Of a stretch of DNA of 64,000 nt, positions 39,410 to 50,816 are shown piece by piece. Both the position numbers and the translations under genes were made by a program. Numbering within the stretch: position 1 is the stretch's first letter; every line of letters starts with the position of its first letter. Source of the stretch: Squalus acanthias (taxonomy: Eukaryota); NCBI GenBank assembly GCA_030390025.1, contig CM059425.1:18786001-18850000 (forward strand), in the 5' to 3' direction. The notes beneath the pieces are model-generated. The model did not search any database and had not been told where the DNA came from. It saw only the letters and a program-made list of their open reading frames with translations.

Positions 39410-40333
39410 GTGGCATGCTCCTCCTGCGCTATGTGGGAAATCAGGGACACTTCCAGTGTCCCTGACGACCAGGTGTGCAGGAAGTGTATCCAGCTGCAGC
39501 TACTGGCAGACCACATTGTGGCGCTGGAGCTGCGAATGGATACATACTGGAGCATTCGCAATGCTGAGGACGTCGTGGATATCACGTTTAATGAGTTGGT
39601 CACACCGCAGGTAAAGGCTGCACAGGCAGGAAGGGAATGGGTGACCGCCAGGCAGAGTAGTAGGCACAGGCAGGTAGTGCAGGGGTCCCCTGTGGCCATC
39701 CCCCTCTCAAACAGATATACCACTTTGGATATTGTTGAGGGCTTATCGGGGGAAGGCAGCAGCAACCAACTTTCTGGCACCATGGGTGGTTCTGCTGCAC
39801 AGGAGGGGAGGAAAAAGAGTGGGAGAGCGATAGCGATAAGGGTTTCTATTGTAAGGGGAATAGATAGGCGTTTCTGCGGCCGCAAACGAGACTCCAGGAT
39901 GGTATGTTGCCTCCCTGGTGCAAGGGTCAAGGATGTCTCGGAGCGGCTGCAGGGCATTCTGGAGGGGGAGGGTGAACAGCCAATTGACGTGGTGCATATA
40001 GGTACCAACGATATAGGTAAAAAATGGGATGAGGTCCTAAAATCTGAAAATAGGGAGTTAGGAGGTAAATTAAAAAATAGGACCTCAAAGGTAGTAATCT
40101 CAGGACTGCTACCAGTGCCACGTACTAGTCAGAGTAGAAATAGAAGGATATTTCAGATGAATACGTGGCTAGAAGAATGGTGCAAGGGTGAGGGATTCAA
40201 ATTCCTGGGACATTGGAACCGGTTCTGGGGGAGGTGGGACCAGTACAAACTGGATGGTTTGCACCTGGGCAGGGCCGGGACCGATGTCCTAGGGGGAGTG
40301 TTTGCTAGTGCTGTTGGGGAGGGTTTAAACTAA
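39410..40333 (+). CDS. CR1 ORF1 (Zn-finger-like + esterase), open but missing the first codons
   Basis: CSSC..WE...CRKC; HIGTND; DGLHL. Confidence 0.8.
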   Translation: MACSSCAMWEIRDTSSVPDDQVCRKCIQLQLLADHIVALELRMDTYWSIRNAEDVVDITFNELVTPQVKAAQAGREWVTARQSSRHRQVVQGSPVAIPLSNRYTTLDIVEGLSGEGSSNQLSGTMGGSAAQEGRKKSGRAIAIRVSIVRGIDRRFCGRKRDSRMVCCLPGARVKDVSERLQGILEGEGEQPIDVVHIGTNDIGKKWDEVLKSENRELGGKLKNRTSKVVISGLLPVPRTSQSRNRRIFQMNTWLEEWCKGEGFKFLGHWNRFWGRWDQYKLDGLHLGRAGTDVLGGVFASAVGEGLN

Positions 40334-40455
40334 AATGGCAGGGGGTTGGGAACCTGTGCAGGGAGACAGAGGAAAGGGAAGCAAGGATAGAAGAAAAAGA
40401 CAGGAAGGAGAAAAGCAAAAGTGGAAGTCAGAGAATTCAAGGGTGTAAATCAAAC

Positions 40456-43313
40456 ATGGCCACAGTAAACAATAATTCTAAATGGTCTAAGAGTGTTAAA
40501 AAAACAAGCCTGCAGGCTTTATGTCTTAATGCGAGGAGCATTCGTAATAAGGTGGATGAATTAGCTGCGCAAATAGATGTAAACGGATATGATATAATTG
40601 GGATTATGGAGACATGGCTCCAGGGTGACCAAGGCTGGGAATTCAACATCTAGGGGAATTCAATATTCAGGAAGGACAGGCAAAAAAGAAAAGGAGGTGG
40701 GGTAGCTTTGCTGGTTAAAGAGGAGATTAACACAATAGTAAGGAAGAATATTAGCTCTGATGATGTGGAATCTGTATGGGTAGAGCTGAGCAATACCAAG
40801 GGGCAGAAAACATTAGTGGGAGTTGTATACAGATCCCCAAACAGTAATGCTGAGGTTGGGGATGGCATTAAATGGGAAATTAGAGATGCGTGCAATAAGG
40901 GCACAGCAGTTATCATGGGTGACTTTAATCTACATATAGATTGGGCTAACCAAATTAGTAACAATACTGTGGAAGAGGAATTCCTAGAGTGTATACGGGA
41001 TGGTTTCCTGGACCAATATGTCGAGGAACGAACGAGAGATCAGGCCATCTTAGACTGGGTATTATGTAATGAGAAAGGATTAATTAGCAACCTTGTTGTG
41101 CGAGGCCCCTTGGGGAGGAGCGATCATCATATGATAGAATTCTTCATTAAGATGGAGAGTGAAGTAGTAGTTGACTCAGAGACTAGGGTACTGAATTTAA
41201 ATAAAGGAAACTACGATGGTATGAGGTGCGAGTTGGCTAGGATGGATTGGGGAATGTTACTTAAAGGGTTGATGGTGGATAGGCAATGGCAAACATTTAA
41301 AGATCGCATGGATGAACTACAGAATTTGTTAATCCCTGTTTGGCATAAAAATAAAACAAAAAAGCTGACTCAACCGTGGCTAACAAGGGAAATTAGGGAT
41401 AGCATAAGATCCAAGGAAAGGACATATAAATTGGCCAGAAAAAGCAGCAAACCTGAGGATTGGGAGCAGTTTAGGATTCAGCAAAGGAGGACAAAGGGAT
41501 TAATTAAGAGGGGGAAAATAGAGTATGAGAGTAAGCTTGCAGGGAACATAAAAACTGATTGTAAAAGCTTCTATAGATATGTGATGAGAAAAAGATTGGT
41601 GAAGTCAAGCATAGGTCCCTTGCAGTCAGAATCAGGGGAATTTATAATGGGGAACAAAGAAATGGCTGACCAATTAAATAAATGCTTTGGTTCTGTCTTC
41701 ACAAAGGAGAACACAAATAACCTCCCAGAGATGTCGGGGAACATAGGGTCTAATGAGAGGGAGGAACTGAATGAAATCAGTATTTGTAGGGAAATGGTGT
41801 TAGGGAAATTGATGGGATTGAAGGCCGATAAATCCCCAGGGCCTGATAATCTACATCCTAGGGTACTTAAGAAAGTGACCCTAGAAATAGTAGATGCATT
41901 GCTGGTCATCTTCCAAAATTCTATCGACTCTGGAACAGTTCCCATGGATTGGAGGGTAGCTAATGTAACCCCACTATTTAAAAAAGGTGGTCGAGAGAAA
42001 ATGGGGAATTATAGACCGGTAAGCCTGACATCGGTAGTGGGGAAAATGCTAGAGTCCATTATAAAAGATGTAATAGCAGAGCACTTGGAAAACAGTGACA
42101 GGATCGGACAAAGTCAACATGGATTTACAAAAGGTAAATCATGCTTGACTAATCTACTGGAATTTTTTGAGAATGTAACTGGTAGAATAGATAAGGGAGA
42201 ACCAGTGGATGTGGTGTATTTGGACCTTCAGAAGGCTTTCGATAAGGTCCCACATAAGAAATTAGCGTGCAAAGTTAAAGCACATGGGATTGGGGGTAAG
42301 GTACTGACTGGGATAGAGAACTGGTTGGCAGGCAGGGAGCAAAGAGTTGGAATAAACGGGTCTGTTTCTGAGTGGCAGGCAGTGACTAGTGGGGTACCGC
42401 AGGGATCGGTGCTAGGACCCCAGTTATTCACAATATATATTAATGATCTAGACGAGGGAACTAGATGTAATATATCCAAGTTTGCAGACAACACAAAGCT
42501 GGTTGGGCGTGTGTGTTGTGAGGAGGATGCAGAGAAACTCCAGTATGATTTGGACAAGTTGGGTGATTGGGCAGATGCATGGCAGATGCAGTATAATGTG
42601 GATAAATGCGAGGTTATCTACTTTGGTGACAAAAACAGGAAGGCAGATTGTTATCTGAACGGCAATAGATTGGGAAAAGGGGAAGTGCAACGGGACCTGG
42701 GAGTACTTGTGCACCAGTCGTTGAAGGTAAGCATGCAGGTGCAGCAGGCGGTTAAGAAGGCAAATGGTATGTTGGCCTTCATAGCGAGAGGATTCGAGTA
42801 CAGGAGCAAGGATGTCTTGCTGCAGTTGTACAGGGCCTTGGTGAGACCACACCTTGAGTATTGTGTGCAGTTTTGGTCACCTTATCTGAGGAAGGAATTT
42901 CTTGCCATGGAGGGAGTGCATCGAAGATTCACCAGACTGATACCTGGGATGGCAGGAATGACGTATGAAGAGAGATTGGGACGATTGGGCTTGTATTCGC
43001 TAGAGTTTAGAAGAATGATAGGTGATCTCATTGAAACTTATAAAATTCTAACAGGACTAGACAGACTAGATGCAGGAGGGATGTTCCCGATGGCAGGGGA
43101 GTCCAGAACCACAGTCTAAGGATAAGGGATAAGCCATTTAGGACTGAGATGAGGAGGAATTTCTTCACCCAGAGAGTGGTGAACCTGTGGAATTCTCTAC
43201 CACAGAAGACAGTTGAGTCCAATTCATTAAATATATTCAAGAAGGAGTTCGATATATTTCTTAAGTCTAAGGGGATCAAGGGATATGGGGAGAAAGCAGG
43301 GACAGGGTACTGA
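40456..43313 (+). pseudogene. CR1 ORF2 APE-RT with one stop and a 3' deletion frameshift
   Basis: CLNARSIRNK start, TAG at 40651-40653, 803-aa open segment; catalytic FADD is changed to FADN. Confidence 0.9.
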
Positions 43314-44481
43314 ATTTGGATGATCAGCCATGATCGCATTGAATGGCGGAGCAGGCTCGAGGGGCCGAATGGCCTACTCCTGCTCCTATCTTCTATGTTT
43401 CTATGTTTCTATGTTGTGGTGCAGATGGTGGGATATGGCATTTGAAGATGCATTAACTCATCTTGACCACTCGTATGAGGTCGTTAAACTTCTTGTGGCA
43501 CTGGATCCAGATCTTGGAGACAACAGTTGTCACAATGACAGCTTCAGCTATCTCCTCCCACAGTTTTCTGCTGTTCTGCCTTGAAAGCCTCCTGCCCCCA
43601 CCCCCCTGCTAGTAGAGGTCCTCCCGGCATCTTTGAACCCCCAGGGCCAAGGCCTTCAGTGCTGCATTGGAAAATCTCCTCGCCCTTTCTCTTGGCTGTT
43701 GGGCCATGGCTTTCACCACACTGACAATGAGGAGCTCCAGCAACAAAGCACCTCCCCTTTAAGTAGTGCAGAGACCCTAGGCCAAACTTTATTGGCCAGT
43801 AGACTGCACCTGATATTGGCCCTCCTGTTCAGCGCTTAGCCAATCAGCAGCACGGTTAGTGCTGAGATCAGCGCAGCAATCTTTAGAATGAGCAGGCAGC
43901 ATGAATTTTGGATGCTGCCTGCACCACTTTGAATGGGCACATTGCGCTTTGTGCTGCCCACGCCCATTTTCGGGCCTTATCCAATTTCTAGGCCAAGGGA
44001 CCGTCATTAAGCGCACCTGACTCATAATGGTGTTGGGAGCACTTCCTGTGGATGTTGGGTGTGAGATATCCCCATGCAAAAGTTTTTGGCCTAGCGTCCA
44101 TTTTGCCAGCATGAAACCGGCTGCCGTGAGTTGAAATCCCCCCTTTTTCCATTGAGAATTTTTTAATTTCACACGCTGTCATTTTTTCTTCTCTCTCTGC
44201 TGCAGCTTTTATTCCCACTCCATTTACATCACCACCTACCTTTTCTCTCTTTCCTTTTGCTTCTTTTGAAGACTGTACCTATAGGTTCATTTGTTTTCTT
44301 TTTGCAGTGATTGTGCTGCTTTTTGGTGGGGGTTAGAACAGAGATCTCACTGTCGTGAGGGAAGGATGGAGAGTACACACTTTTGCAGCAGTTAGAGCTT
44401 CATCTATTGAGTGCTGACAACCTGACCATTAAACTAACTATATATATATGTATATTTATTTTATATATATTTAAATACTGT

Positions 44482-45300
44482 GGGGGAAAAATTCGGTGGC
44501 GCCCCCTTTGGGGCGCTAACGTCGCCGGGGCACTAATTTTATCGCCCCGAAAATGTTAGCGCCCCTGCACCGTAAATTCAGTGGTAGGGCCCGAAGCAGG
44601 AGGCGGGGCGCTATTGGAAGCATTCCCCTCCTTCTTGGGGCGCTACCAGCGAATTTTGCGGTGCTACGCATGTAGCGCCGCATCATTGCAGGCCTCCCTC
44701 CCCTGATTAAAGGGGAGGGACCTAGCGCTGCGTGCACCAGGGCCCTGCTGGACCACCGGGGAGCGGGGTGGTAGCGATTGCGGCCAGCACCCCGAAGAAA
44801 AAAGGGGAAGGGGGCAGGTGCTGGCAGTCAGCCAAAAAAAATGGCCGCCCAACACCTGTCCTTTAAGTAGCGCCGCGGCGGCTGCAAAAACGGCACCCTG
44901 ACCCTGTCGGACATATGGACTGGCGATAGGTCAGGGGGCGCAACCCAAGCTTGCGGCCGTCATGTGAGCGGGGCGCTGCTCACAGCGATTACTTCATGGC
45001 CGGCGACGTTGTGCCGCAGGGCTGAATTTTCGCAGGAGGCGTTAGCGACACCGCGCCCGAGCGCTAGGGGATTTGCTAGGGGAATGTCATTGGTGAAGCA
45101 GCTGAAGATGGTTGGGCCTAGGACACTGCCCTGAGGAATTCCTGCAGCGATACAGAGAAAAGCTCCCTCTACACTGTCCCATCAAGCACTCCCAGGGCAG
45201 GTACAGCACGGGTTCGATACAGAGTAAAGCTCCCTTTACAATGTCGCATCATTGCCCTCCTTGGGGGCGCTAATAAGAGATGCAAATCAATCCAATTTTT
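44482..45300. mobile_element. GC-rich Harbinger-type MITE remnant with a small LINE/tandem-repeat insert (45078-45252)
   Basis: Left end gggggaaaaattcgg resembles the other TIRs; many tagcgcc/ggcgcta motifs; right end uncertain. Confidence 0.55.
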
Positions 45301-45836
45301 GTATGTACAAACTTTGCACTCATTTTGAGGTGCTAGGACCAGCAGAGGCTTCAGAGTTCCTCACAGTGGGGACTTCAAAAGCAGGCGGGCCATAGATGAA
45401 CAGGTATCTGAGGCCAATATAAAGAGAAAAAGAACACCAAATTTTTGACAAATTATAGGTGACAAGCACAACAGGCTCAGAGTCAGGGGTGTGGGGGCGG
45501 CGGGGGTTAGCAACAAAAACATTGATCGAAACTAAGCAAAGCCTTCAAAATACTTAAATGGCACCAAATTAAAACATAATCACAGAGCCCTTCAGAAATA
45601 GAGCTGTATGAGAGACGTCACCGGAAGTCCTTTGCTTGATGGATCATGATCTTAGCATTAATATAATTGAATCTTTATGCCCATTGTTTTTAAAACATGC
45701 TTTTGAATACCTTTGTCCTCACACAGCAAAATGAATGCAGTGGAATAGGAATAAGTTTATAGTACCATCCCTGATCTGGTTTCACTTATCAATAGCATAA
45801 AATCAAAATAAATAAAATACTTTTCATTTTTAACAG

Positions 45837-45903
45837 TCTGATATTGATCAAGTAAGATTGTGGTATACTGATCATTGCGTTACACAGGAAACAAATACTC
45901 CAG
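45837..45903 (+). CDS. Candidate 67-nt internal exon of an unidentified host gene
   Basis: ttttcatttttaacag|TCT...CCAG|gtaatc; only one frame is open (SDIDQVRLWYTDHCVTQETNTP); lies in AT-rich, apparently non-repetitive DNA. Confidence 0.35.
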
Positions 45904-46089
45904 GTAATCTCTTTTTTTGTTTTAATTTTAGAAAGGAGGATTATTATGATTTGAGAAAATGTTATAGTTTTCCAGAAAATGTAGTTTGAAATTCAATGAC
46001 AAATAATATCACAAAATGTATGATTCACAGTTGAAACTGGCTTTTCATGATCTTCCCTTTTTGTTGTACTCTACTTTTGATGCAATATT

Positions 46090-46495
46090 GCAACAACAGC
46101 ATCAACTTGCATTTATATAGTGCCTTTCACATAGTAAAATGTCCCAAGACACTTCACAGGAGCGTAATCAGACAAAAATTGGCACTGAGCCATGGGAAAG
46201 ATATTATAATGTGTCTAAATGTTTGGTCAAAGAGGTTTGTTTTAAGGAGCGCCTTAAAGGAGGGGAGAGGCAGAGAGGTTTAAAGAAGGCATTCCAGAGC
46301 ATAGGGCCTCAACAGCTTAAGGTAAGCCTGCCAATAGTGGGGCAAAGGAAGTGGGTGATGAACAATAGGTCAGAGTTGGTGGAACACAGAGTTCTCAGAA
46401 TTGTAGAGCTGGAGGAGGTTACAGAGATAGGAAGGGGCAAGGCCATAGAGGGATTTAAACCCGAGGAGAATTTTAAAATTGAGGCATTGATGGAA
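46090..46495 (-). mobile_element. L2 LINE 3' end
   Basis: Minus-strand ..ggcactatataaatgcaagttg tail shared with the SINEs at 47512 and 48820, preceded by W(N)ALP/L-type RT C-terminal sequence. Confidence 0.65.
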
Positions 46496-47243
46496 ATGAG
46501 GCCAGAGGCCCAATATCGGGTACGCCTTGCGCCTCACCAAGGAGCGTTCTCTGTGCCCCCCACATTCCCATAAATGGGCGCACCCTATTTCTAGGCCATT
46601 ATCCGGATTCTTTATATAGAGATAGCCTTCCTGATAAACTTGTCAATCTCAGGTTGCTGTGTCTCATAGATGTCACAGCAACTGGTCCATACACTATAGC
46701 CCCGATTCTAACTCGTACCATAAATTGGACGGACGAGGGGTTGGGGCGAACGGGATGCCCACATGATGTCGCAAATGTAAGGACCAGGCGATTGTTAACT
46801 CCCGGACATCATTTCAACATGATTGACAGGTTTTCCGCCTGACTGTGTCAGAAATTGGGCAGCCCGCCCACATGATGCACACAATTTCCGGTGGGCCACC
46901 TGAGGCCTATTTAAAGGGGGGAATCACATCTTAAAGCAAGGTTGCATTCCCTGTTTTGAATTTCAGTTGAACAACGCTGGAAACTGCCCACATAAGCCTT
47001 CATGCCAGAAGTAATTTCTAGGCCATCATTTCCATTAAGTAGTGAATGCCAGGATATCAATTTGTGCTGGTTTAAGAGATTTAATTTAAATATAATACAC
47101 AGACGCATACACACACGCACACACAATTTGTCTTGGTTAAATAGTTAGTTCAGTTTGTGTACTGGCAATAGGTATTGGCAGAGTTCAATGCCCCAGTCAG
47201 AAGGTTCTGCGTTCAGGTCCGACTCCAGAGACTTGAACACATA

Positions 47244-48467
47244 GGCCCTGAATTTCCGATCGGAGGCTTCCTGCGTGCGAATGCCTCCGATCGGAAAAAA
47301 TCTACGCACTTACCTGCTGGCTCCGTAGGTCCCGAGACTTCCAATCCTGGGCCTCTCCACTACGAAAAGCGCAGAGTCCCAGGTATCCCAGGGGTGCATG
47401 CGGTTCGCAAGCGCCCCTGGGATCACGTGGGCCATGGGGAACCAATCAAAGAAGGGAATCCCCCTTCACACTTTTGACAGGTCTCTACGCACAGATCTAT
47501 GAAAAGTATGAAAAGAAAGAAAGACTTGCATTTATATAGCGCCTTTCACGACCGCCGGACATCTCAAAGCACTTTACAGTCAATAAAGTGTTTTTTGAAG
47601 TGTAGTCACTGTTGTAATGTGGTAGCCAATTTGCACACAGCAAGCTCCCACAAACAGCAATGTGAAAATGACCAGATAATCTGTTTTTGCTATGTTGATT
47701 GAGGGAGAAATATTGGCCAGGACACTAGGGATATCTCCCCTACTCTTCTTTGAAATAGTGCCATGGGATCTTTTACGTCCACTTGAGAAAGCAGACGGGG
47801 CCTCGGTTTAACGTCTCATCTGAAAGACAGCACCTCTGACAGTGCAGACGCTCCCTCAGCACTGCACTGAAGTGTCAGCCTAGCTTTATGTGCGCAAGTC
47901 CCTGGAGTGAACCCACAACCTTCTGACTCAGAGGCAAGTGTGCTACTAACTGAGCCACAATTGTAACACAGCATGTGAATGGGGATCACATTTAAAAACA
48001 CAGTTAAACATGAAATGAATTTAAAAAAAACATCTCGTATTTGAAATTAGTTAAAATTACATTAAATTAAATATTTTAAACAAAAATTTAATTTTTTGAA
48101 AAAAATAATTAAAGTATTTTACGGGGCTAAAAATAAACTTATCTTTATTAAAAGTATTTTTAAATTATAAATGAGTGAAAATGTTTTATTTTTTAATTTT
48201 TTAAAACTCTTATGCTGGTAAAAGCAGGCCTTACGCATGCCTTTACCGGGCGTAAGATTTTTAAAGGTTTTCAGCGGGTGGAAGTTGTGCAGAAAGCGGA
48301 ACTCCCTGCCTGTGGAGACCCTTTTCCCAGGCAGGCGGATGATCTGTCAAGAGAATTCTTGACAGATCGCAAGTGCCGGTTTTTAGCGCATGAAACCGGC
48401 ACTTGTGAGGCCCCTACGGGCGCGTACACACCTCGTACGCACCCGTGGGGGTCAGAAAATCCAGCCC
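47244..48467. mobile_element. Harbinger-type MITE containing a SINE
   Basis: TIRs ggccctgaatttccg / cagaaaatccagccc; homologous to 52267-53026. Confidence 0.82.
47512..47965 (-). mobile_element. Deu-domain SINE, full length
   Basis: Reverse-complement match to 48470-48844, plus head tgtggctcagttagtagcacacttgcctctgagtcagaagg. Confidence 0.8.
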
Positions 48468-48844
48468 ATTATCTAGCCTGACACTCTAGTGCAGTACTGA
48501 GGGAGAGTTACACTGTCAACGGTGCTGTCTTTTAAATGAGACATGAAACCAAGGCCCTATCTGCACTCTCACGTGGATGTAATAGATCCCATAGCACTAT
48601 TTGAAGAAGAGCAGGGGAGTTCTCTCGATGTCCTGGCCAATATTTATCCCTCAACCAACTAAAAGAGATCATTCGGTCATCTATTTCATTGCTGTATGTG
48701 GGAGCTATCTGTTTGCAATTTGGCTGCCGTGTTTCCTACATTATAACAGTGACTACGCTTTAAAAAAATAGTTATTTGGCTGTAAAGCGCTTTGGAATGT
48801 TTTGAGGTCGTGAAAGGCACTATATAAATGCACGTCTTTCCTTC

Positions 48845-49010
48845 ATAAGAACATAAGAATTAGGAGTAGGAGTAGGCTGTATGGCCCCTCGAGCCTGCAC
48901 CGCCATTCAATAAGATCATGGCTGATCTTCGGCTTCAATAGCACTTTCCTGCCCAATCCCCATATCCCTTGATTCCCCTAGAGTCCAAAAATCTGTCTAT
49001 CTCAGCCTTG
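48845..49010 (-). mobile_element. Short CR1 3' tail
   Basis: ataagaacataagaa tail + ggcccctcgagcctgc..ccattcaataagatcatggctgatc. Confidence 0.85.
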
Positions 49011-49599
49011 AGGACTGGAGAATTGCAAATGTTACACACTTGTTCAATAAAGGGTGTAAGGATAAACCCAGCAACTACAGGCCAGTCAGTTTAACCTCAG
49101 TAGTGGGGAAGCTTTTGGAAACGATAATCAGGGACAAAGTTAACAATCACTTGGACATGTGTAGATTAATTCAGGAAAGCCAGCACGCAAATCATGTTTA
49201 ACTAACTTGATCGAATTTTATGATGAGGTAACAGAGAGGGTTGATGAGGGCAATGCGGTTGATGTGGTGTAGATGGACTTCCAAAAGGCGTTTGATAAAG
49301 TGACACATAATAGGCTTGCCAGCACAGTTGAAGCCCATGGAATAAAAGGGACAGTGGCAGCATGGATATGAATTTGGCTAAGTGACAGGAAACAGAGAGT
49401 AGTGGTGAACGGTTGTTTGTCAGACTGGAGGAAGGTATACAGTGGTGTTCCCCAGGGGTCGGTACTGGGACCACTGCTTTTCTTGATATATATTAATGAC
49501 TTGGACTTGGGAGTACAGGGCACAATATCAAAATTTGCAGATGACACAAAACTTGGAAGTATAGTGAACAGTGAGGAGGATAGTGATAGACTTCAAGAA

Positions 49600-49823
49600 T
49601 GTGAGAAGTGGCACAACACCAGGTTATAGTCCAACAGTTTTATTTGAAATCACAAGCTTTCAGAGTGCTGCTCCTTCGTCAGGTGAAGTGAAGATCACTT
49701 CACCTGACGAAGGAGCAGCGCTCCGAAAGCTTGTGATTTCAAATAAAACTGTTGGACTATAACCTGGTGTTGTGCCACTTCTCGCATTTGTCCACCCCAG
49801 TCCAACACCGGCATCTCCACATC
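49600..49823. mobile_element. 224-bp palindromic insertion, probably Penelope-derived, with hammerhead motifs
   Basis: TSD AGACTTCAAGAA (49588-49599, 49824-49835); inverted arms 49599-49691 and 49695-49787. Confidence 0.85.
49700..49736 (+). ncRNA. Minimal hammerhead ribozyme motif (mirror copy on the minus strand at 49650-49686)
   Basis: TCAC-CTGACGA-A-GGAGC(AGC)GCTCC-GAAA-G-CTT-GTGA. Confidence 0.82.
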
Positions 49824-49971
49824 AGACTTCAAGAAGACATGGGCGGACATATGGCAGATGAAATTGAGCGCAGAAAAGTGCGAAGTGATACATTTTTGTC
49901 AGAAGAACGAGGAGAGGCAATATAAACTATAGAGTACAATCCTAAAACGGGTGCATGAACAGAGAGACCTG

Positions 49972-50717
49972 GGGGTAAAAATTCAGTTGGTTGCGCCTCC
50001 CGTTAGCGCCTTAAGAGGGCGCTAATGGGGCGCAAAGCCGCTAACGCCCGGGCGCAGCGATGTTTGCGCCGCTCGGGAACTTAACTAGACATTGTGCGGC
50101 GGCGCTAAACTTTACCGCTGCGACCACCTGCGCGCGCAGATTGTGACGTCATTCCATGGTGCAACGCCCTTGTGGCGCCCCGGAGCGGAAATTGAGTGGC
50201 GCCCCCTGCCTTACCGCCTGGCGCATCCAACGACCGGAAGACTGGAACGCTATCAATCGCTGTGGGGCTGGGGGGGGGGGCGCTATTTAAAGGGGGCCTC
50301 TTCCTGTCTTTTTCTGTGGTTGACATTTTTGCACCACTTGTTCTGAGAGAGAGAGAGAGATTCGGAGAGAGAGAAAGAGAGACTTCTGCATTGAGTCAAC
50401 GCTTTGTGAGGTAGTTTTGCCTACTGATCCTAACAGTTGGCCCCCCCCCCGCTTTAAGAACTGGCCGGCGCCAGTGTGTCTGTGTTCCCTCGCTAACTGG
50501 CAGCACCTGCGCTGCGCTCGCGCGCTGAGTTAGCGCCTCACTGCTCGGCCTTTGCGCCTTAAGACAGGTGTGCAGCGCCTGATTTAGCGCTCCACTCACC
50601 TCCCGGGGCGGTAAAAGTGAAGTTTCCAGTCAGTGGCGATAATTAGCGCCAGGCGCTAATATTCGCGTCCAGTCGATATTTCCGCCCCAAATGGGGCGCG
50701 ACCTAATTTTTCCCCCC
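49972..50717 (+). mobile_element. MITE, internal-deletion derivative of the Harbinger at 57389
   Basis: TIRs ggggtaaaaatt / aatttttcccc, TSD CTG; 49972-50434 matches 57389-57853. Confidence 0.92.
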
Positions 50718-50816
50718 CTGGTGTTATATATGCACAAATCATTGAAGGTGGCAGGGCAGGTTGAGATAGCGGTTAAAAAAGCATACGGGATACTGGGCTT
50801 CATAAATAGAGGCATA

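Larger units (their letters stand above)
39410..43411 (+). mobile_element. Near full-length CR1 (family A) lacking the 5'UTR
   Basis: ORF1 open from VACSSCAMWE to 40333; ORF2 with a stop at 40651 and a long open frame 40708-43119; ttctatgtttctatgtttctatg tail. Confidence 0.94.
36553..43994. mobile_element. Decayed Harbinger (partial transposase + at about 37055-37680; Myb gene - at about 37840-39190 and 43460-43710) containing a CR1 insertion
   Basis: Termini gggtgagaaattgg / ccaatttctaggcc; MVQGTIDYTHVAL..HSLNVQFVCDH; minus-strand ORFs 38180-38950 and 38799-39194 resemble the Myb partner at 59360-61268. Confidence 0.72.
47180..48844 (+). mobile_element. Deu-domain SINE (47180-47243 + 48468-48844) split by a MITE
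   Basis: tRNA-like head, Deu-like core (gtgcagtactgaggga..tgagac..aaccaaggccc..gatcccatagcactatt), L2-like tail. Confidence 0.75.

Noticed and set aside
38827..40008. 393-aa minus-strand ORF and other antisense ORFs over CR1, PLE and Harbinger sequence
   Set aside because: These are shadow frames of TE coding sequence that cross insertion junctions and show no independent motifs.
47900..47965. tRNA gene
   Set aside because: It is the tRNA-like head of a SINE, continuous with the Deu core and tail; no complete cloverleaf.
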